Source: the human T2T-CHM13v2.0 reference genome, Homo sapiens
Reading direction: 5' to 3' (one strand)
Length of the DNA: 64,000 nt
Assembly: GCF_009914755.1 (NCBI RefSeq)
Contig: NC_060942.1
The notes under the pieces were generated by a model that searched no databases, had not been told where the DNA came from, and saw only the letters and a list, made by a program, of their open reading frames with translations. The position numbers were made by a program, and so were the translations under genes. The first letter of the stretch is position 1. Each line of letters opens with the position of its first letter. Positions 18,912 to 33,744 of this stretch are shown piece after piece.

Positions 18912-21399
18912 AGATAAAATCTTTTCAAATGCTTTTTTAGGGTTATCAACTGACTTTGCCATTAAACCCACAGTTCTATCTAATGCCACTGAAAATAACT
19001 TATTTAAATAGTCAGAAACCATTCTTAATTTTATAATGCAATGAACCAAGAGAAATCTGATTGAAGGCCTGATGCAGAGGACCACTCAACTCTAAAGGTT
19101 TCCATTTGTGATAAATATATCTACATAAGTTTCCATTTTTCTATTTCTATGGTTACAGTTATAAGAAATAGAATTAGTTTTTCCCATAAGATGTGTTTTT
19201 CAGATAAGATTTGCACAAGAAATAAAAATGCCAAATTTCTAATAGAATCCCCAGGGTTTTAATTCTTGTTAAGAAATCTTTAAATATTTCATCAGAGTTA
19301 GGCATACCAGCCCTACTTGGGGCTCTGCGACTACATGTCTGTGGGTGATATCTTTGCAAGAAAAACCTCCTTCATAACCAGTGTAAAGACAAATGATCTC
19401 CAAATCAGTTTACGGCTATGACTAACATAAATATTTCCATAATCTCTGCCCAAAAGCTTAAACAATTTGAAGCACTGAGGTGGTGAACTGGACCACCGTG
19501 GCCGACGCTGCGCCTTCACTGCTGATGTAAAGGTCGTTGCCTTTGTAACTGTTCACCAGGCCTCTACCCTCTGTCTTCTCTTCAGGACAAAGGCCTTTTC
19601 AGGCGACATTGTTTCAATATGCACTCTTGATTTGTCCTGAGATTCTGAATTTCCACCTTGGATCCTATAGCAAATCATCACAGTTTTTCTACTAAATCAC
19701 ATGAAGAAGGACTTACACTGTTTACAATAAAGAAGACATAGGATTTCTAAATAAGAACAGTAAGATGTGAAGAATGTCAAACTAAGAAAAGTTGGTTATA
19801 CAGAGAGAGGATATTGTCCAAAAGGGATATTTTTGAGAGTAAAAGGGAACACTATTAATCATTAGACAATTACAGTAGGCGGACTCCAGGACTAACCATG
19901 TAATCCAGGATATTCAATAACTCTAAGTATTCTAAGGATGAGACTGCTATAAACATTCAATTCCCAGTAAGCCAATAGCAAAGGGGAAATATTATACAAT
20001 TCTCATTATAACATTAAAAAAATACACGTTAGTCTAACGTTGCAAAATTTCCCCTAATAGAAATTTATTGCACAGTTATATAAGGAACCTTGAACAACAT
20101 GATGGACAATATGATATAGTGCCTGCACAATAATTTATGTAATTACATAATATCTACATGGGTAGTATAAGCAAAATGGAAGTATACACACACAGAGATA
20201 TACTTACAAAATGAATGCATCATGTACACTATTCAAAGTCATGGGTAGGTTACATATTTTCCCTATCCATTCTAATAATTTATGTATTAGTACAACATTA
20301 ATCTTATTAGTAATTTCTAAATTGGTCATATAAATAATTTCCTGTTCACTTCCGATCATTTAGACTCTGATTTTACATCCGTCACGGTAATTCGACTATT
20401 ATTTGAGGACAGAAACCGTATTTTCTATTTTTTTTGTTTCCAATACCAGATAATATCCAGAGCATATTTGTTGAAGCATTAACACTCATTGGACAAATGA
20501 ATGAATAAATGAATGTATAAATCCAAATATGTCCATTCAAATTATATAAACACTACCAAACAAATACGTCTAAAGGATTTATTTAAGATTAACCCAAACC
20601 AGCTGATTTATCCATTTCTTTTACAGACTTATCTATCTTTTCAATTACCAACATTGTTATTCAAGAAATATGACATTCTATAACATGAAAGTTCCTGAGA
20701 TTCTTTTAAGCCATTTCTTCTTTTAGAATACAAAAACAGGCACATGTTCCTCTTGGCTATAATGACTAAGATGTAGTGGGTAAACAAGGATTTTGATCTA
20801 ACTACAATTATGATCCAGCCATATTGAGGATGGGTGAAGAGAAGAGTGCATACGTGGAAGGGGCCAGGGGAGAAACGAGAGCTCCACCCACATCTCATAC
20901 AGTCAGAACCCCGCGTAAAAGTGAAGAAGTTGCAAACCAAACCCATGTTTAGAGTCTCAAGGATAAACAACACAGAAATCAGCTAAGGAAAAAAATGTGA
21001 AAGAGGTCTTGGGACAAGGGTTTCCCAAACAAAACTTGCAGCATTATTTTTTGCACTTTGTGCCAGTATAACTTGGGCAACCTAGTTAATGGCTATGTCA
21101 TCGCCAGATGAGAAATACAGGAAAAGAAGCAGGGTTTTGATTTTTCTTTGGTTTGGTTAATTTTGTTGTTGAAGGGTAAATTTGATGAATTCCATTTTGA
21201 TCATATTAAATTCCAAGTGCTTACAGGATATGCAGGTCAAAACGTCCAGCAGACAAATGAAAAGTCATTCCTGGATCTTGACTGAAAAATCTAAGGCATT
21301 GATTTAGGAGTCATAAACAAACAGAGGGAAGGCGGAGCCAGGGCCATACACATGCTGACACGTGCTGACAAAGAAAGGGAGTGAGGACTCAAGTGGGAA

Positions 21400-21779
21400 A
21401 TACCGCAGTGCTGGACCCAATATGCTCCCTTCTCCCCTCCAGATCCATACGGTGCCAAGGACACAGCCCTTTATGGATGGTATCAGTAGCCTTTGGTTTT
21501 GGCCAATGAGAAGTAGCCAAAGGACTCATGAAGACAGGAGGAGAGGGAGGCTGGGGAAGGCATGCTCAGACCTCCCTCACTGCAGGCTGCAGGCTGGCAG
21601 TGGCTGAAGTCCCACCGGAGGGTGGTGCTCCTGCTTGTGGTTGGCTCCTGTACTGAGCTATCCTGGGTTCTCCCAGTCCCACCCCTCACCCTCTCAACCC
21701 TGCCCAAACGTCATAAACAGGCCTCTACTAAAGTCTGTATGATGTGCCTGCTGGTTCCTGCAGGACCCTGACTGATACA
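21400..21779. mobile_element. ERVL solo LTR (LTR33-like) nested in L2 remnants
   Basis: Ends ggaccctgactgataca. Internal ttttggccaatgag motif. Confidence 0.5.
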
Positions 21780-22047
21780 CAAGTCTACAAGAAATCCTGA
21801 GGAATTTTATTTAAAAAGTGGAGCAATAAGAAGCAATAAAGAACTCTAAGACAAGAACTCTAATCAAGACCGAGTGGTAAAGAGGCCACCGAAGGAGGGC
21901 AATTTCAACAGGGGCTGGGGTCAACTGTGCTGAGGCTGCCAAATAGACATGTGAGAAATGACTATGCCAAGTTCAGCAAGGCAGCCACTGCAAGGGGCCC
22001 GGATCTGGGCTGACTCAGCCAGAAGACTGAATAGGTGGCAGAAGTGA

Positions 22048-22493
<446 letters not shown>

Positions 22494-23255
22494 TGAGCAA
22501 AGAAGCTCCCCTAGGAAGGACGCATGGAGCCATGGAGACTTGATCTTACACTAATGGAAGGCCCTGCCGAGAGACTGAAAATGGGACCGAAGAAATGGGG
22601 AGGACATGGGATAAACAAGAGAAAGAGTTTCGGAAATGAGAAGCCTCAGCTCTCTCAGATGCAAGGAAGACACAGTAAGCATGGGAAAGCAGGAGGGAGG
22701 AGAACCGCAAGGCAACTTCTAGTTTCTCAGGCAAACAGGAGGCAAGGCCACTGGTGGAGGTGGAGGGCAGTCCAAGGGCAGAAAGGCAAGTTGTGGCAGT
22801 AAATCATAAACCAGCAAACGCACCTTCCTTCCGGTTGGTGGATAAAGATCTGAAGAAGGTCAGGGTACGCAGAGAGCCGCACTGAGGGTGTTTGCCCAGT
22901 GATGGCTTCCCAAGTGCTCTAGGCAGGGAAGCCGTGGGAGGCCAGCAGATGTGGGGGCTGTGAGGGGTGGCTTGGGGGCCTGCAAGAGGCTGAAGAGCAA
23001 GACAAGCAATCGAGAGGGCTACAGAGACAGAAGGCTCTGCTCAGAAACCAAGATTCAGAGCTCGAAATCTTAGAGAAGGTGCTGTCCTGTGTGATGCTAA
23101 GGCCTCAAACATGGAGACGGGGCAGGTGGAGGGACAGGACGATGCCCAAGGTCTAGGCTTCAACAATTCTATGCTTTCTGTATCCAATCTCAGTTATAGA
23201 TGATATGGGTAAAAACAGAGGTCCACTTAGAAAACTGATATGACCTTCTGTTCCT

Positions 23256-23385
23256 ACTCAGAGTAGATGCTTGTTTTTAGCATATATATTTGAGTTTTAA
23301 ACTCAAGGTAGATGCTGTTTTTAGCATATATGAGTTTTAAACTTGGAGTAGATGCTTTTTTTTAGCATATATTTTTGAGTTTTGA
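23256..23385. repeat. Three-copy 40-45 bp tandem repeat
   Basis: Units start at 23256, 23301 and 23341: act(c/t)..gtagatgct..ttttagcatata..tgagtttt. Confidence 0.9.
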
Positions 23386-25061
23386 CTTTTTTTGGTGGCT
23401 GTGGTTTCTTCTACAAAAGAAGTTATAATTTCAAGTGCCTACAGGATATCTAACATTACTCGAATTCCAAAGTTTTCATTTAAAATATCACATCATAGTA
23501 GATGAAAATCTTGGCTCTATTTCAACAATAAAATCTATGTTTCTATTTACATACTGATTATATTCACCTCCTATGAAGTGTGCTGGGTCATTAAAATAAA
23601 TGCATGTTGCTTCTGAGGAATAAGAAGATTTTGCTTAAAACTGTGTTGTAAATTTAAAATTCTGCACAAATGGCTCATGTTTACATGTACTGCACCCTCT
23701 GAAACAGGTAATTTATCCAGCTGACTGCAGAGCCTTCCCCTCTTTTTCATGTATAACTGAGTAATTACCTCAGCCAGAACGAGGTGTTCTGAAAATGGAT
23801 TGACTTTCTAAAGAAAATAATGTTCAAGCCAGTGAATGACTTTCAAGCAATGGAGGAGAATGAATGTTTGCAATTAACATGTTTGTTCATACTTTTAATT
23901 TTTTTCTATAATTCAATGTCAGAAGTCTAAATTATTCCCATTGAAATTATACTTATTGTCCACAAGGCTCTTGGTACCAAAAAAAAAAAAAAAAAGTGGT
24001 GTCTGCTCTCTACAATTTTGTGTGTAGTGAGAGCTAAACATAACCTAAATTAAAATAATCAAAGATCTAATTATCTAGGGCTAGTTTTCTACTTAATTTA
24101 TTTTAGATCAAAACAAAAAAAAAAATCATTGTTGTCCAGCTGAATGCTATGTCCAGTATTTCAGCACTTATGTTCCTGATGTTCCTGAGTATTTCAAGTC
24201 TATCCATTAATTCCCCGCCTCCCTCACTTTTCTACCTTGGAATCCTGGGGTCTGGAATCTGAAATGAGAAACTATTGGCCTTCACAAAGATCACACACCA
24301 ACCCCACCAACCTCCACACAGATCATGTAGGATGGTACTGACAATTAATTAGTTATATTTCCAATTAACCACATATTTTTACAAGTATAATTTAATGTAA
24401 TTATATAAAAATTTATATATACTCTATAATATAATTAATATTAAAAGTGTAATTATTAATAAATTAATAAATACACTGATATTTTAGGGAGTTCTGCTTC
24501 TAGTTAGGATGTTGAACTTCAGAACAGGACAATTAGAAGTATTAGAACTAGAAAATGTCTAGAAACTAAAAATATATAAAACCATAATTTCTGAACTCAC
24601 TGTGGATACTAAGAAGTCTAAATGAAGTCTAAATTATCTGACTGATGGAAAAGGAGGGCCCTTTCCTAAGTGAGCAGAGAGATCAGCCACTTCCTCCAGC
24701 TCAGGGGCCTGTGCTGAGTTTGTACCTGGAGGAGCTGAAGATCAAACCTGACACAGGGGGATGGACTTTGACAGAGGAAGACACAGCCAGTGCAGTTTTC
24801 AGAAGCCATAGGGGCTGGCTGGCTGTGTTGAGATCTGCCGAAACCCCAGACCCTGAGCTGGCTGTCATTGAGTGCTTACCAGCACAGAGGCTGTGGGGAG
24901 GGCCTGGAAGGCCCAGGGAGACCCCTGTAATCTCCTGGTCCTGGGATCACTAGAGGGAGTACAGGGAAGTCCTTTCTATCAACACATTTGAAACCAGAGA
25001 TGAACTAAAGCTAAAACTGCAACCTGCTTCATTCTTAACTGGATCAAAGGGATCCATCTCT

Positions 25062-25512
25062 GCATTTGCTTCCTAGGTCCACCATAACAAAATTACCACA
25101 AACTTGGTGTCTTCAAAAGACAGAAATTTATTCTCTCACAGTTCTGGGGGCCAGAATCTGAAATCAAAGCATGGTAGGGCCACACTCCATCTGGGAACAT
25201 CACTCCTTGCCTTTTCCAGTACCCTGTGGCTGCAGGTGGTTTCCTGGCTTCACATTGCATCACTCCAATCTCTGCCTCCATTTTTCACATTGCCTTCTCC
25301 TCTTCTTTTGTGCCTTTTCCTCTTTTGTCTCTTATAAGGATACTTGTCATTGGATTTATGACCCACTCATGAAACCCAGGATGAGCTCATCTCAAGATCC
25401 TTAACTTAATTAAATCTTCAAATATCATTTTCTCAAATAAAGTCACAATCACAGGTTCTGGAGGTCAAGAGGTGGACGAATCTTTTGTGGACCACCATGC
25501 AACCCACTATAG
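25062..25512 (-). mobile_element. MLT1 (MaLR) solo LTR, MLT1C-like
   Basis: ccataacaaaattaccacaaacttggtg...acagaaatttattctctcacagttctgg...caacccactata. Confidence 0.85.
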
Positions 25513-25519
25513 GCCCTCA

Positions 25520-26560
25520 CACTAGCCACCTAACAGAAGAAAAGGCACGGCCCTTTCTGAGGGAAAACAATGCCTACTGCAGTCTCTTTGGCTCTTTTAT
25601 TCACAACATCCAGCATACATGAAAAAAGAAACAAGACAATGTAACTTGTAATCAAGAGAAAATACAGCCAATAGAAGCAAATACACAGATGATCCAGATG
25701 TTAAAACTAGCAAAAAAGAACATTAATTACTATAAATGTAAAATTTTTTTAAGTAAAGAAAATGGATATAAAGTTGGAGAAATTTAACAGAAAAATGATC
25801 TAAAAAGGAACAAAATGGATATTCCAGAATTTAAAATTCCATATCTGAAATTAAGAATTCATTAAATGTGTTTTAGCAGACTGAAAATAGCAGAAAAAAA
25901 GGCAAGTGGCATAAAAGACAGATCAATAGAAATTATCTGAAGCACAAAAAGAAAAAAGAATAGGTAAAAGTAGAAGAGTTCATGAGAGACGTGTGAGAAC
26001 CCCTCAAATACTCTAACAGATATGCAACGATTATCCCATAAGGAGAGGAGATAGAAAATGGGCAGAATCAATGTCTGAAGAGATGATGGCTGAGAATTTT
26101 CCAAAATGTGTAATGAATATCAACCCACATATTCAAGAAACGTAGTCAATCCCAAACATGGGGGCAAAAAAAAGAAAAGGAAAAAGAAAAACTCACCTCA
26201 GCACATTAAGGCAAAAACAAAAGATATAGAGATTGCCAGACTAAATAAAAAGCACGAAAAGAAACATGACATGAAAGAGTACATACTGTATGACCGCATT
26301 CATAAGAAATACATGACTCCATTAATAAGAACAGGCAAAATTAATCTATAATAAAACAGGATGTGGTTACCTCTGGAAAGGTATGGGAAAGGGCTGTAGT
26401 GTTGGCTGACGAGGCTTTGAGAGAAGTTTTTGAATGATAGAAATGTTCTCTGTTTTGACCTGGATGATAGTTACGGGTAGATACATATGTAAAAATTCAC
26501 TGAGCTGTACACTTAAATTGTGTATGTAACTATACGTAAATTATCCCTTCCTTTATAAAA
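25520..26560 (+). mobile_element. Old L1M fragments (ORF1 region and 3' end)
   Basis: A-rich L1M motifs (gatgatggctgagaattttccaaaa; gtaaaaattcactgagctgtacactta). Confidence 0.65.
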
Positions 26561-26654
26561 CAACAGGAATGGGTCTGCAAATATTTGCCCCATTATGACA
26601 TGCTTGCCAGTCATAATGAGATCGATTCAGAATTTATCAGTAGAGTTCTAAATA

Positions 26655-29600
26655 ATTATTCATGTATTCATTTAAGCCACAAATATTAATTGCATACTTA
26701 CTACATGTCTGGGACTATTTTAGGCACCAGGGATATATCAGTGAACAAAACAGGGGAAAAAATTCCTTGCCTTTTGAAGCTTAAATTCTAGTAGGGATAA
26801 TCAAATAATATCAAATAAGTGAATGTTTTGCATATTAAAAGTTGGTAAAAGCTGGAAAGGTGAGAGCCGAGTTAGGGGGAGTAGGAGTGTGCCAGGAGAG
26901 TCTTGCTGAAATTGAAAATGAAGTGGAAAAGATAGGCTTAAAAGAGGTGTGGGGGTTAGAGATTTGGGCGTATGGGGAAGAATATTACAGCCAAAGGGAA
27001 CAGCCAGAGTAGAGATCCTGAGGTAGCAGTCCAACATGTGTAGGAAAAGCAAGAAGTCTAGTTTGGCTGGAGTAGACAGCACATGGGAAAAGGCGGTAAG
27101 AGTTAAGGTCAGAGGGGGAACACAGGTACAGTATGAGGTAGGGTCTTATGGGATTTGGCTTTTATTCTTGGGGAGACAGGAAGAGAGACTAGAGGATTTT
27201 GCGTAAAGGCACAAAGATGATATGATGACATGGTCACATGACATGATCTGACTTGTGTTTTACAAGAACCAGCCTGGCTGCTTCTTTGAGAGAGAACTGG
27301 GGCAGAGGGAGGTGGCTGGAGTGGAAGCTAGAAGAGCAGGTGGGTAGCTGCTATAATAATCCAGGCAAGAGGTGATGTATTCTGGACTATAGCAGTATCA
27401 ACAGAAGTGGGGAAAGAGGCCTGCTTCTGTACACATCTCAAAGCTGTAGTCAACAGTTTGCTGGTGAATTAGAATATTAGCTGTGATAGGAAGCCAGCAG
27501 TCAAAGATGACTCCACATTTTTGACTTGAGCGATGGGAAAGACGGAATGGCCATTGCTTGAGATGGAGGAGGTAGCAGTGGGAAAGGGTTAGAGAGGAAG
27601 ATCAGTCAAACTTTGGACATGTTGAGATTGAGATATCTATTCGACATAAAACGGACAAGTCGAGTAGGTAGACTGATATAGGAGTTTGCAGTTCATCAAC
27701 ATATAGGTGATATTTAAAGCAGTGCCATTTGAGGAAACCACAAAGAGAATAAATACAGTTAGGGAAGAGCAGAGGTCCAGTGACGAGCCCCAGTGCACAC
27801 TGATATGACTCGGCATTGGGCTAGGTGCAGTGGTTCACACTTATAATCCCAACACTTTGGAGGCTGTGGCAGGATGATTGCTTGAGTCCAGGAGTTCAAG
27901 ACCAGCCTGCACACCATAATGGGACCTTTGTCACTACAAAAAATTTTTTAAATTAGCTGGGTGTGGTGGCACGCACCTATAGTCCCAGCTCCTCAGGAAG
28001 CAGAGGTGGGAAGATCACTTGAGCCCAGGAGTTTGGGGCTGCAGTGAGCTAGGTTTGCACTACTGCACTGCAGCCTGGGTGATAGAGCGAGTATCCCTGT
28101 CCCCTCCTCCCCCCCCTCAAAAAAAAAAAGAAAGAAAGAAAGAAAAAGAGAAAAGAAAAAAAATATTCAAGAGAGAAGGGGGAATCAATAGAAGGTGTGT
28201 GAGAAGGAGCTGCTGGTGAGGCAGGAAACAACGAAGAGAATGCGGTGCCCTGGAAGCCACGTGAAGAAACTGTTAGCAGAGGTATAGACAGCTCTTTCAA
28301 AGAGGTCTCCTTTAAATGGCAGCAGAAAAATGAATGAAGAAGTGGAGTCAGAAAATGATGTTTTCAAGATGGCAGACATAATACCATATTTGTTGATGGA
28401 AATTGTCTTACGGAAAGGGAAAAACGAAGGATAAGGAAGAGCAGTGAGTTGCTGAAAGGTGGCAGAGCAGGCAGGAGAGGATGGGCATGTAGATAAGGGG
28501 GTGCTTCATTAGAAATGTGGAAGGTTCATCCATAGCAACAGGAAGGCAGTGGCAGGGAGATGTGTGGCAACAGGAGCAGGCAGGTGCAGCGGGTGGTGCT
28601 GGCAATATGTGTGAGTCCTAGAGTTCCATTCTGATGGCTTCTGCTTTCTAGGTGGGATAGGAGGTAATAGGCATCATCGGCTGAGAACGAGAGTGAGGCA
28701 AGAGGAATGGGAAATTTTAGGAGAGGGAAAAAAAGATGTGAAATCGTTATCTAGGAGAATGGGAGAGTCAAAGAATTAGGGAAACTCAATGACTGCCAGT
28801 CAGCACCAAGGTTCAGGTAACACTACGTTTTGCAGTTATGCAGGAGGACCAGTCAGGGGACTGTGTCTCTCTAGCCATGCCTCACTCCGGGAGGCAGGTA
28901 CAGAGCAGGCAGAGAGCAAACTTCTCCAGGGCCATGGTTTTGACAAGAAAGGGAGAGGAGTGGAAGGACAGAAGAGCTAAAGGTTTATGCAATGATCCAA
29001 TTATATCTATTGTACATGGAGTTCATGCCGTGTAAAGAGAAAAAAAGAAAACAAGAAAGTGAGGGGCAGTGAAGATGAAAATGCAGTACAATCAACGGAT
29101 TAGAGGCCCTGAGGGCTGCAGATTGACGGAGTTGGGATATTCAAAGAAATTATCTAGAAAAAAGATGGCGGTGGTCAGAAAGGATGTGAGAAACTGCAAT
29201 CACAAAAAGGGTTACATTATTGTTAATGGCCCACAACAGGGGTCAGTGGCTGAAGTCAAGTGGAGGGCAAGGACATCCAAGAGAGAAGGGCAAGGGACTG
29301 AGAAAGCAGGGTGCTTGAAGGATCGCCTGCATGTGTACTAAAACCACCAAGAATGAAAATCAGAGTCATGTTGGTGAGAGTGACCAGAAGCCAACAGCTA
29401 AAATAACCAAGCAGGGGCATGTGTAGTAGCCTATAAATACGAGGAATAGTGGCAAATACAGTTTGAAGACACGAGAGTCAAACCCAGAGGGCTTTAGGGA
29501 GGGAAAGGGAAAAGGTCTGGAAATAACCACGAGGAGCAAAGAGTACAAATCTCTCACCTCCAGCCCCCAAAGGGCCCATGTGCAAGGGCTGCAGAGCAGC

Positions 29601-29900
29601 AATATCCTCAGTGAGAAACAGGCAGAGCAGAAAGTGAAGAGAACCTTCAGAAAAGAGGGTCCAGAGGCACAAGGCAAAGCGTGGAGAGCCGGGACGGGGC
29701 AGAGTTGAACGGTGACCTTGCAGTCTGGGCTTCTTGATCAAACTGACATCACTGCGGATAAAGGGCGAGATACAGTTGGGCTGGTGGGATCAAAGGAGCA
29801 GGTGGTGCCAGGCTGTGAGTTTGATGGGTCAGTGGGGAGTGAGTGCCTGCATCTTCCCTGTGGCTTTTGTGGATGAAAGTGAGGCCGACTGGAGAGATTG
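26655..29900 (-). mobile_element. Long (~3 kb) L2a remnant, interrupted by an Alu
   Basis: L2a 3' end attcatt...caaatattaattg...taggcaccagggata, followed by long purine-rich L2-like sequence. Confidence 0.7.
27819..28161 (+). mobile_element. AluJ with C-rich and (GAAA) tail
   Basis: Dimeric J-type Alu. Confidence 0.9.
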
Positions 29901-31039
29901 AGTCATAGTCCAGGCATATGGGCCACTCTCTTGAACATGCTTAAATGCCCTTTTACCAGCACAAATTCACTGCACACCTCCTAACTTGAGCTATTTGACC
30001 AAAAAGCACACCAGGGAATAGCAGGACAAATGAGTCTTCCAACTTGCTAATATATAATAAAACCCAGCAGGAGCTTGCTGCATTCATGGCAGTACTTTGT
30101 GGGGTCGAAGAAGGAAGAAGTACACCCCATTAAATGTCCTCCAGTCAAGCTTTCCAAAATGAATTCAAGGAGGGGAACAAAGATTGGAGCCTATTTAAAT
30201 CCTTCCTCATTGGAAAAACAAAATAAAAAAAACTGCAATTTTAACTTTGGAAAATTTTAGGTGCCAGTGAAAGTTAAACTCCCACCGTACAGTGATCAGC
30301 TTCCTGCATTATTGAAATTCAGTAGCACACCTTCCCACATCGCCACTGAAATAAGTAAATATCCCAGAATTCAAATGAGGACAGTGACTCAGCGAGGGAG
30401 TCTGAATGAGCCCACTCTCCCACAGGGCGTGGCGATGGTCACGGCAGCCTTCCCGCCTCTGTAAACCGGCCTGACGTGAAGCTACATTTGGAATGAACAC
30501 AACATGTAGGCTGCTAAATGCCACCATCACAGCCGTCGTTACCATTTATTTTTAAAATATTTTTTCAGTAAAGCATCAACTAAGGCATCACAGTTATTAC
30601 CAATTTAAAAGAAAGCACCGTGGGAAGTGGCCCATTTAATTAATTATAGCCCATGTGTGGTGCAGTCCAAACAATGGCACACTTCACTATTATCCCAGCA
30701 GAAGCAGAACATCGAACAGAAAGTTCCCCTTCTCCCTTCCATGTGCTGTGGTCCCTAACTTTGAACTGCAAGTCACAGTCAGACAGAATGCCAAAGGATC
30801 AGAAGAGAAGCCAGCCCCCAGCACTCCTTCCTCACTGGAGTACAGACAAGAAACCAGCAACGAAGACACAGGTGACAGGAAAGGCATGGCAGCATCCCCG
30901 ATGAATTGCCATCCAGCATTGAGGGGCCCTGCCCAGGTCCTTGGGGTGGAGAAGAGCTCTCAGTGCCAAAGCAGAAGGAATGCCATTGCCAAGGACTAGC
31001 TTCTCCCAGCACAGGGCAGGAGGAGTCTGCTCAAAACAG

Positions 31040-31230
31040 ACAGACCTACATGAAATTGAAGTTCTGCCTCTTGCTAGCTAAGTGACCTTGAGCAACAGAC
31101 TTATACAAGCTGATCTTCCTTTTTCCTCACCTGTAGAATGAAGGGAATGATACCAAATTTGCCCATAAGTGTAAAGTTTCTAACTAATGGGTGTAATGTA
31201 CAAAAGTGTAGAGTAGGTACTCAGGAGGTA
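31040..31230 (+). mobile_element. MIR
   Basis: gttctgcctcttgctagctaagtgaccttgagcaa...ttcctcacctgtagaatg. Confidence 0.7.
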
Positions 31231-32008
31231 ATGATCATGGATGATGATATTATCACATAAAGGCAGGAAAAGAAATCTTCTGATGTTGGGTTGAGAGCAA
31301 CACAGTTCAAGAGACCATGATCTGAGCTGCCAGTCCATCAGTAACCAGGGTCTGTCCTGGCAAACCTACATGAGCCATGTTCTGGAGGAGAGAAGGGGGC
31401 AGGTTTGCATTCAGCCACGGAATTCCCCATCAATTGCACATGTGGATGTCCGCTACCCTGTGCCCCTGCACTCTGAAGATGGGCTAATATCCCACTACTA
31501 GGTACTTGATTACTTGCCTGTAACTGCTGAGAGCTCCCTGATTTGCAAGGCTTTCTGTTCAGTGGTAGAGTTGTGTGTGGCTCGCGGAAGCTGCAGGATA
31601 TTTTCTGACATGAATTCCATGTGGGGCAGATAGACTGGCATAAGTTATTCCCCTACAAGCCTCAGACTGTTGGAGGAACATGCACACAAATGTCTGCAAA
31701 CAGCACACTCAGAGAAAGCCTCACCACAATTTTTGCAGTTGAAAAAGGCAGAAATTTGTTTTTATTACAAAAACATTATTTTAAGGATAAAATATTTTGT
31801 GGCTGAGCGGAAAACATTTTTAGAATCCCATGCAATCACTACCCATGTTCAGATTAATTTCTGCAGCTGTCTGTTGCTTATCTGATTGGCCTTATTGGTT
31901 GCCCCATAAAGCTTGGCTTCCCTGTACCAGAATAAGAGAGCAGGGTTTTTCACAACTCTTTGCAAACCACCCCAGAGCAGACAATGTAATATTTTGGTGG
32001 ACACTTGA

Positions 32009-32568
<560 letters not shown>

Positions 32569-33209
32569 TAGAGTTCCTCTTAAATACAACCCTATGATCT
32601 TAACTTGACTCTGAATGCACATAATTCTTCCTCTTAAAATTTGGGGCTTTGGTTCAAATTCTGAATTGAATATTCACTAGAAAAGTCACATCATTTATGA
32701 AACCTACTTGCTCCCATGGGGCTATCTATCCAAAAGAAAATGTCCAAAGCCTTTTAACTATAAAACTCTGATCCCCTTCTCAGTGTGAAAAATGCTCAAA
32801 GAGGGGCTGAGAGACCTAAATGCAGAGCCTGAATATTCTGAACATCTTACTATCTCAGTAATAAGCCTAAGGGTGTTCCAATGAGGCTGGAGAAGCAGGA
32901 GGAAGCCACAACCATGTTGTTTGAGACCCTGGATTCAGCTATGCCTGTAGCCAGACCCATGTCCTCCTATTCAGGGAGCCAACAAACTAGGGTCCTTTCC
33001 TTTTCAGGCTAGGTCAGCCCCGGCTTTCTCTCACTTGCAACAGAAGAACCTTGACAGATATTCCTTAAACAATTCCTCCATAATCTGAAGTTCCATCCAA
33101 AAGGCAAGGCCAAGCAGGGCCCTGAACAGCTTACAGATAAAACTAGAAAAGTGGGTCTAAGCCAGATAGCTATGGTAGTTGGTGTTAAAAGCTCTCAGGC
33201 TTCAACTAT

Positions 33210-33744
33210 TCTTTTTTTAAAAACTTTTATTTTATGTTCTGGGGTAGATGTGCAGGATGTGCAGGTTTATTACATAAGTAAACGTGTGCCATGGTGGTTT
33301 GCTGCACCTGCCAACCCATCACCTAGGTATTAAGCATAGCATGCATTAGCTATTTTTCCCAAAGCTTTCCCTCCCCACATCCAACCCCTGACAGGCCCCA
33401 GTGTGTGTTGTTCCCCTCCCTGTGTCCACGTGTTCTCATTGTTCAGCTCCCACGTATAAGTGAGAACACGCAGTGTTTGGTTTTCTGTTCCTGCATTAGT
33501 TTGCTGAGGATAATGGCTTCCAGCTCCATCCATGTCCCTGTAAAGGACATGATTTTGTTCCTCTTTATGGCTGCATAGTATTCCATGGTGTATATGTACC
33601 ACATTTTCTTTTTCCAGTCTATCATTGATGGGCATTTGGGTTGATTCCACGTCTTTGCTATTGTGAATAGTGCTGCAATGAACATACGTGTGCGTGTGTC
33701 TTTGTGATAGAATAATTTGTATTCCTTTGGGTATATATCCCAGT
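33210..33744 (-). mobile_element. 5'-truncated L1PA8-11-like 3' end
   Basis: ORF 33443..33685 is the ORF2 C-terminus ([19 protein letters not shown]), plus 3'UTR. Confidence 0.9.

Noticed and set aside
19480-19560. tggtgaac...gttcacca inverted repeat around a small CpG patch as a structured ncRNA
   Set aside because: Only 8-bp arms, expected by chance in 64 kb, and no recognisable RNA family.
23256-23385. CRISPR-like array (palindromic repeats)
   Set aside because: No unique spacers, only three degenerate adjacent units, eukaryotic context, no cas genes.
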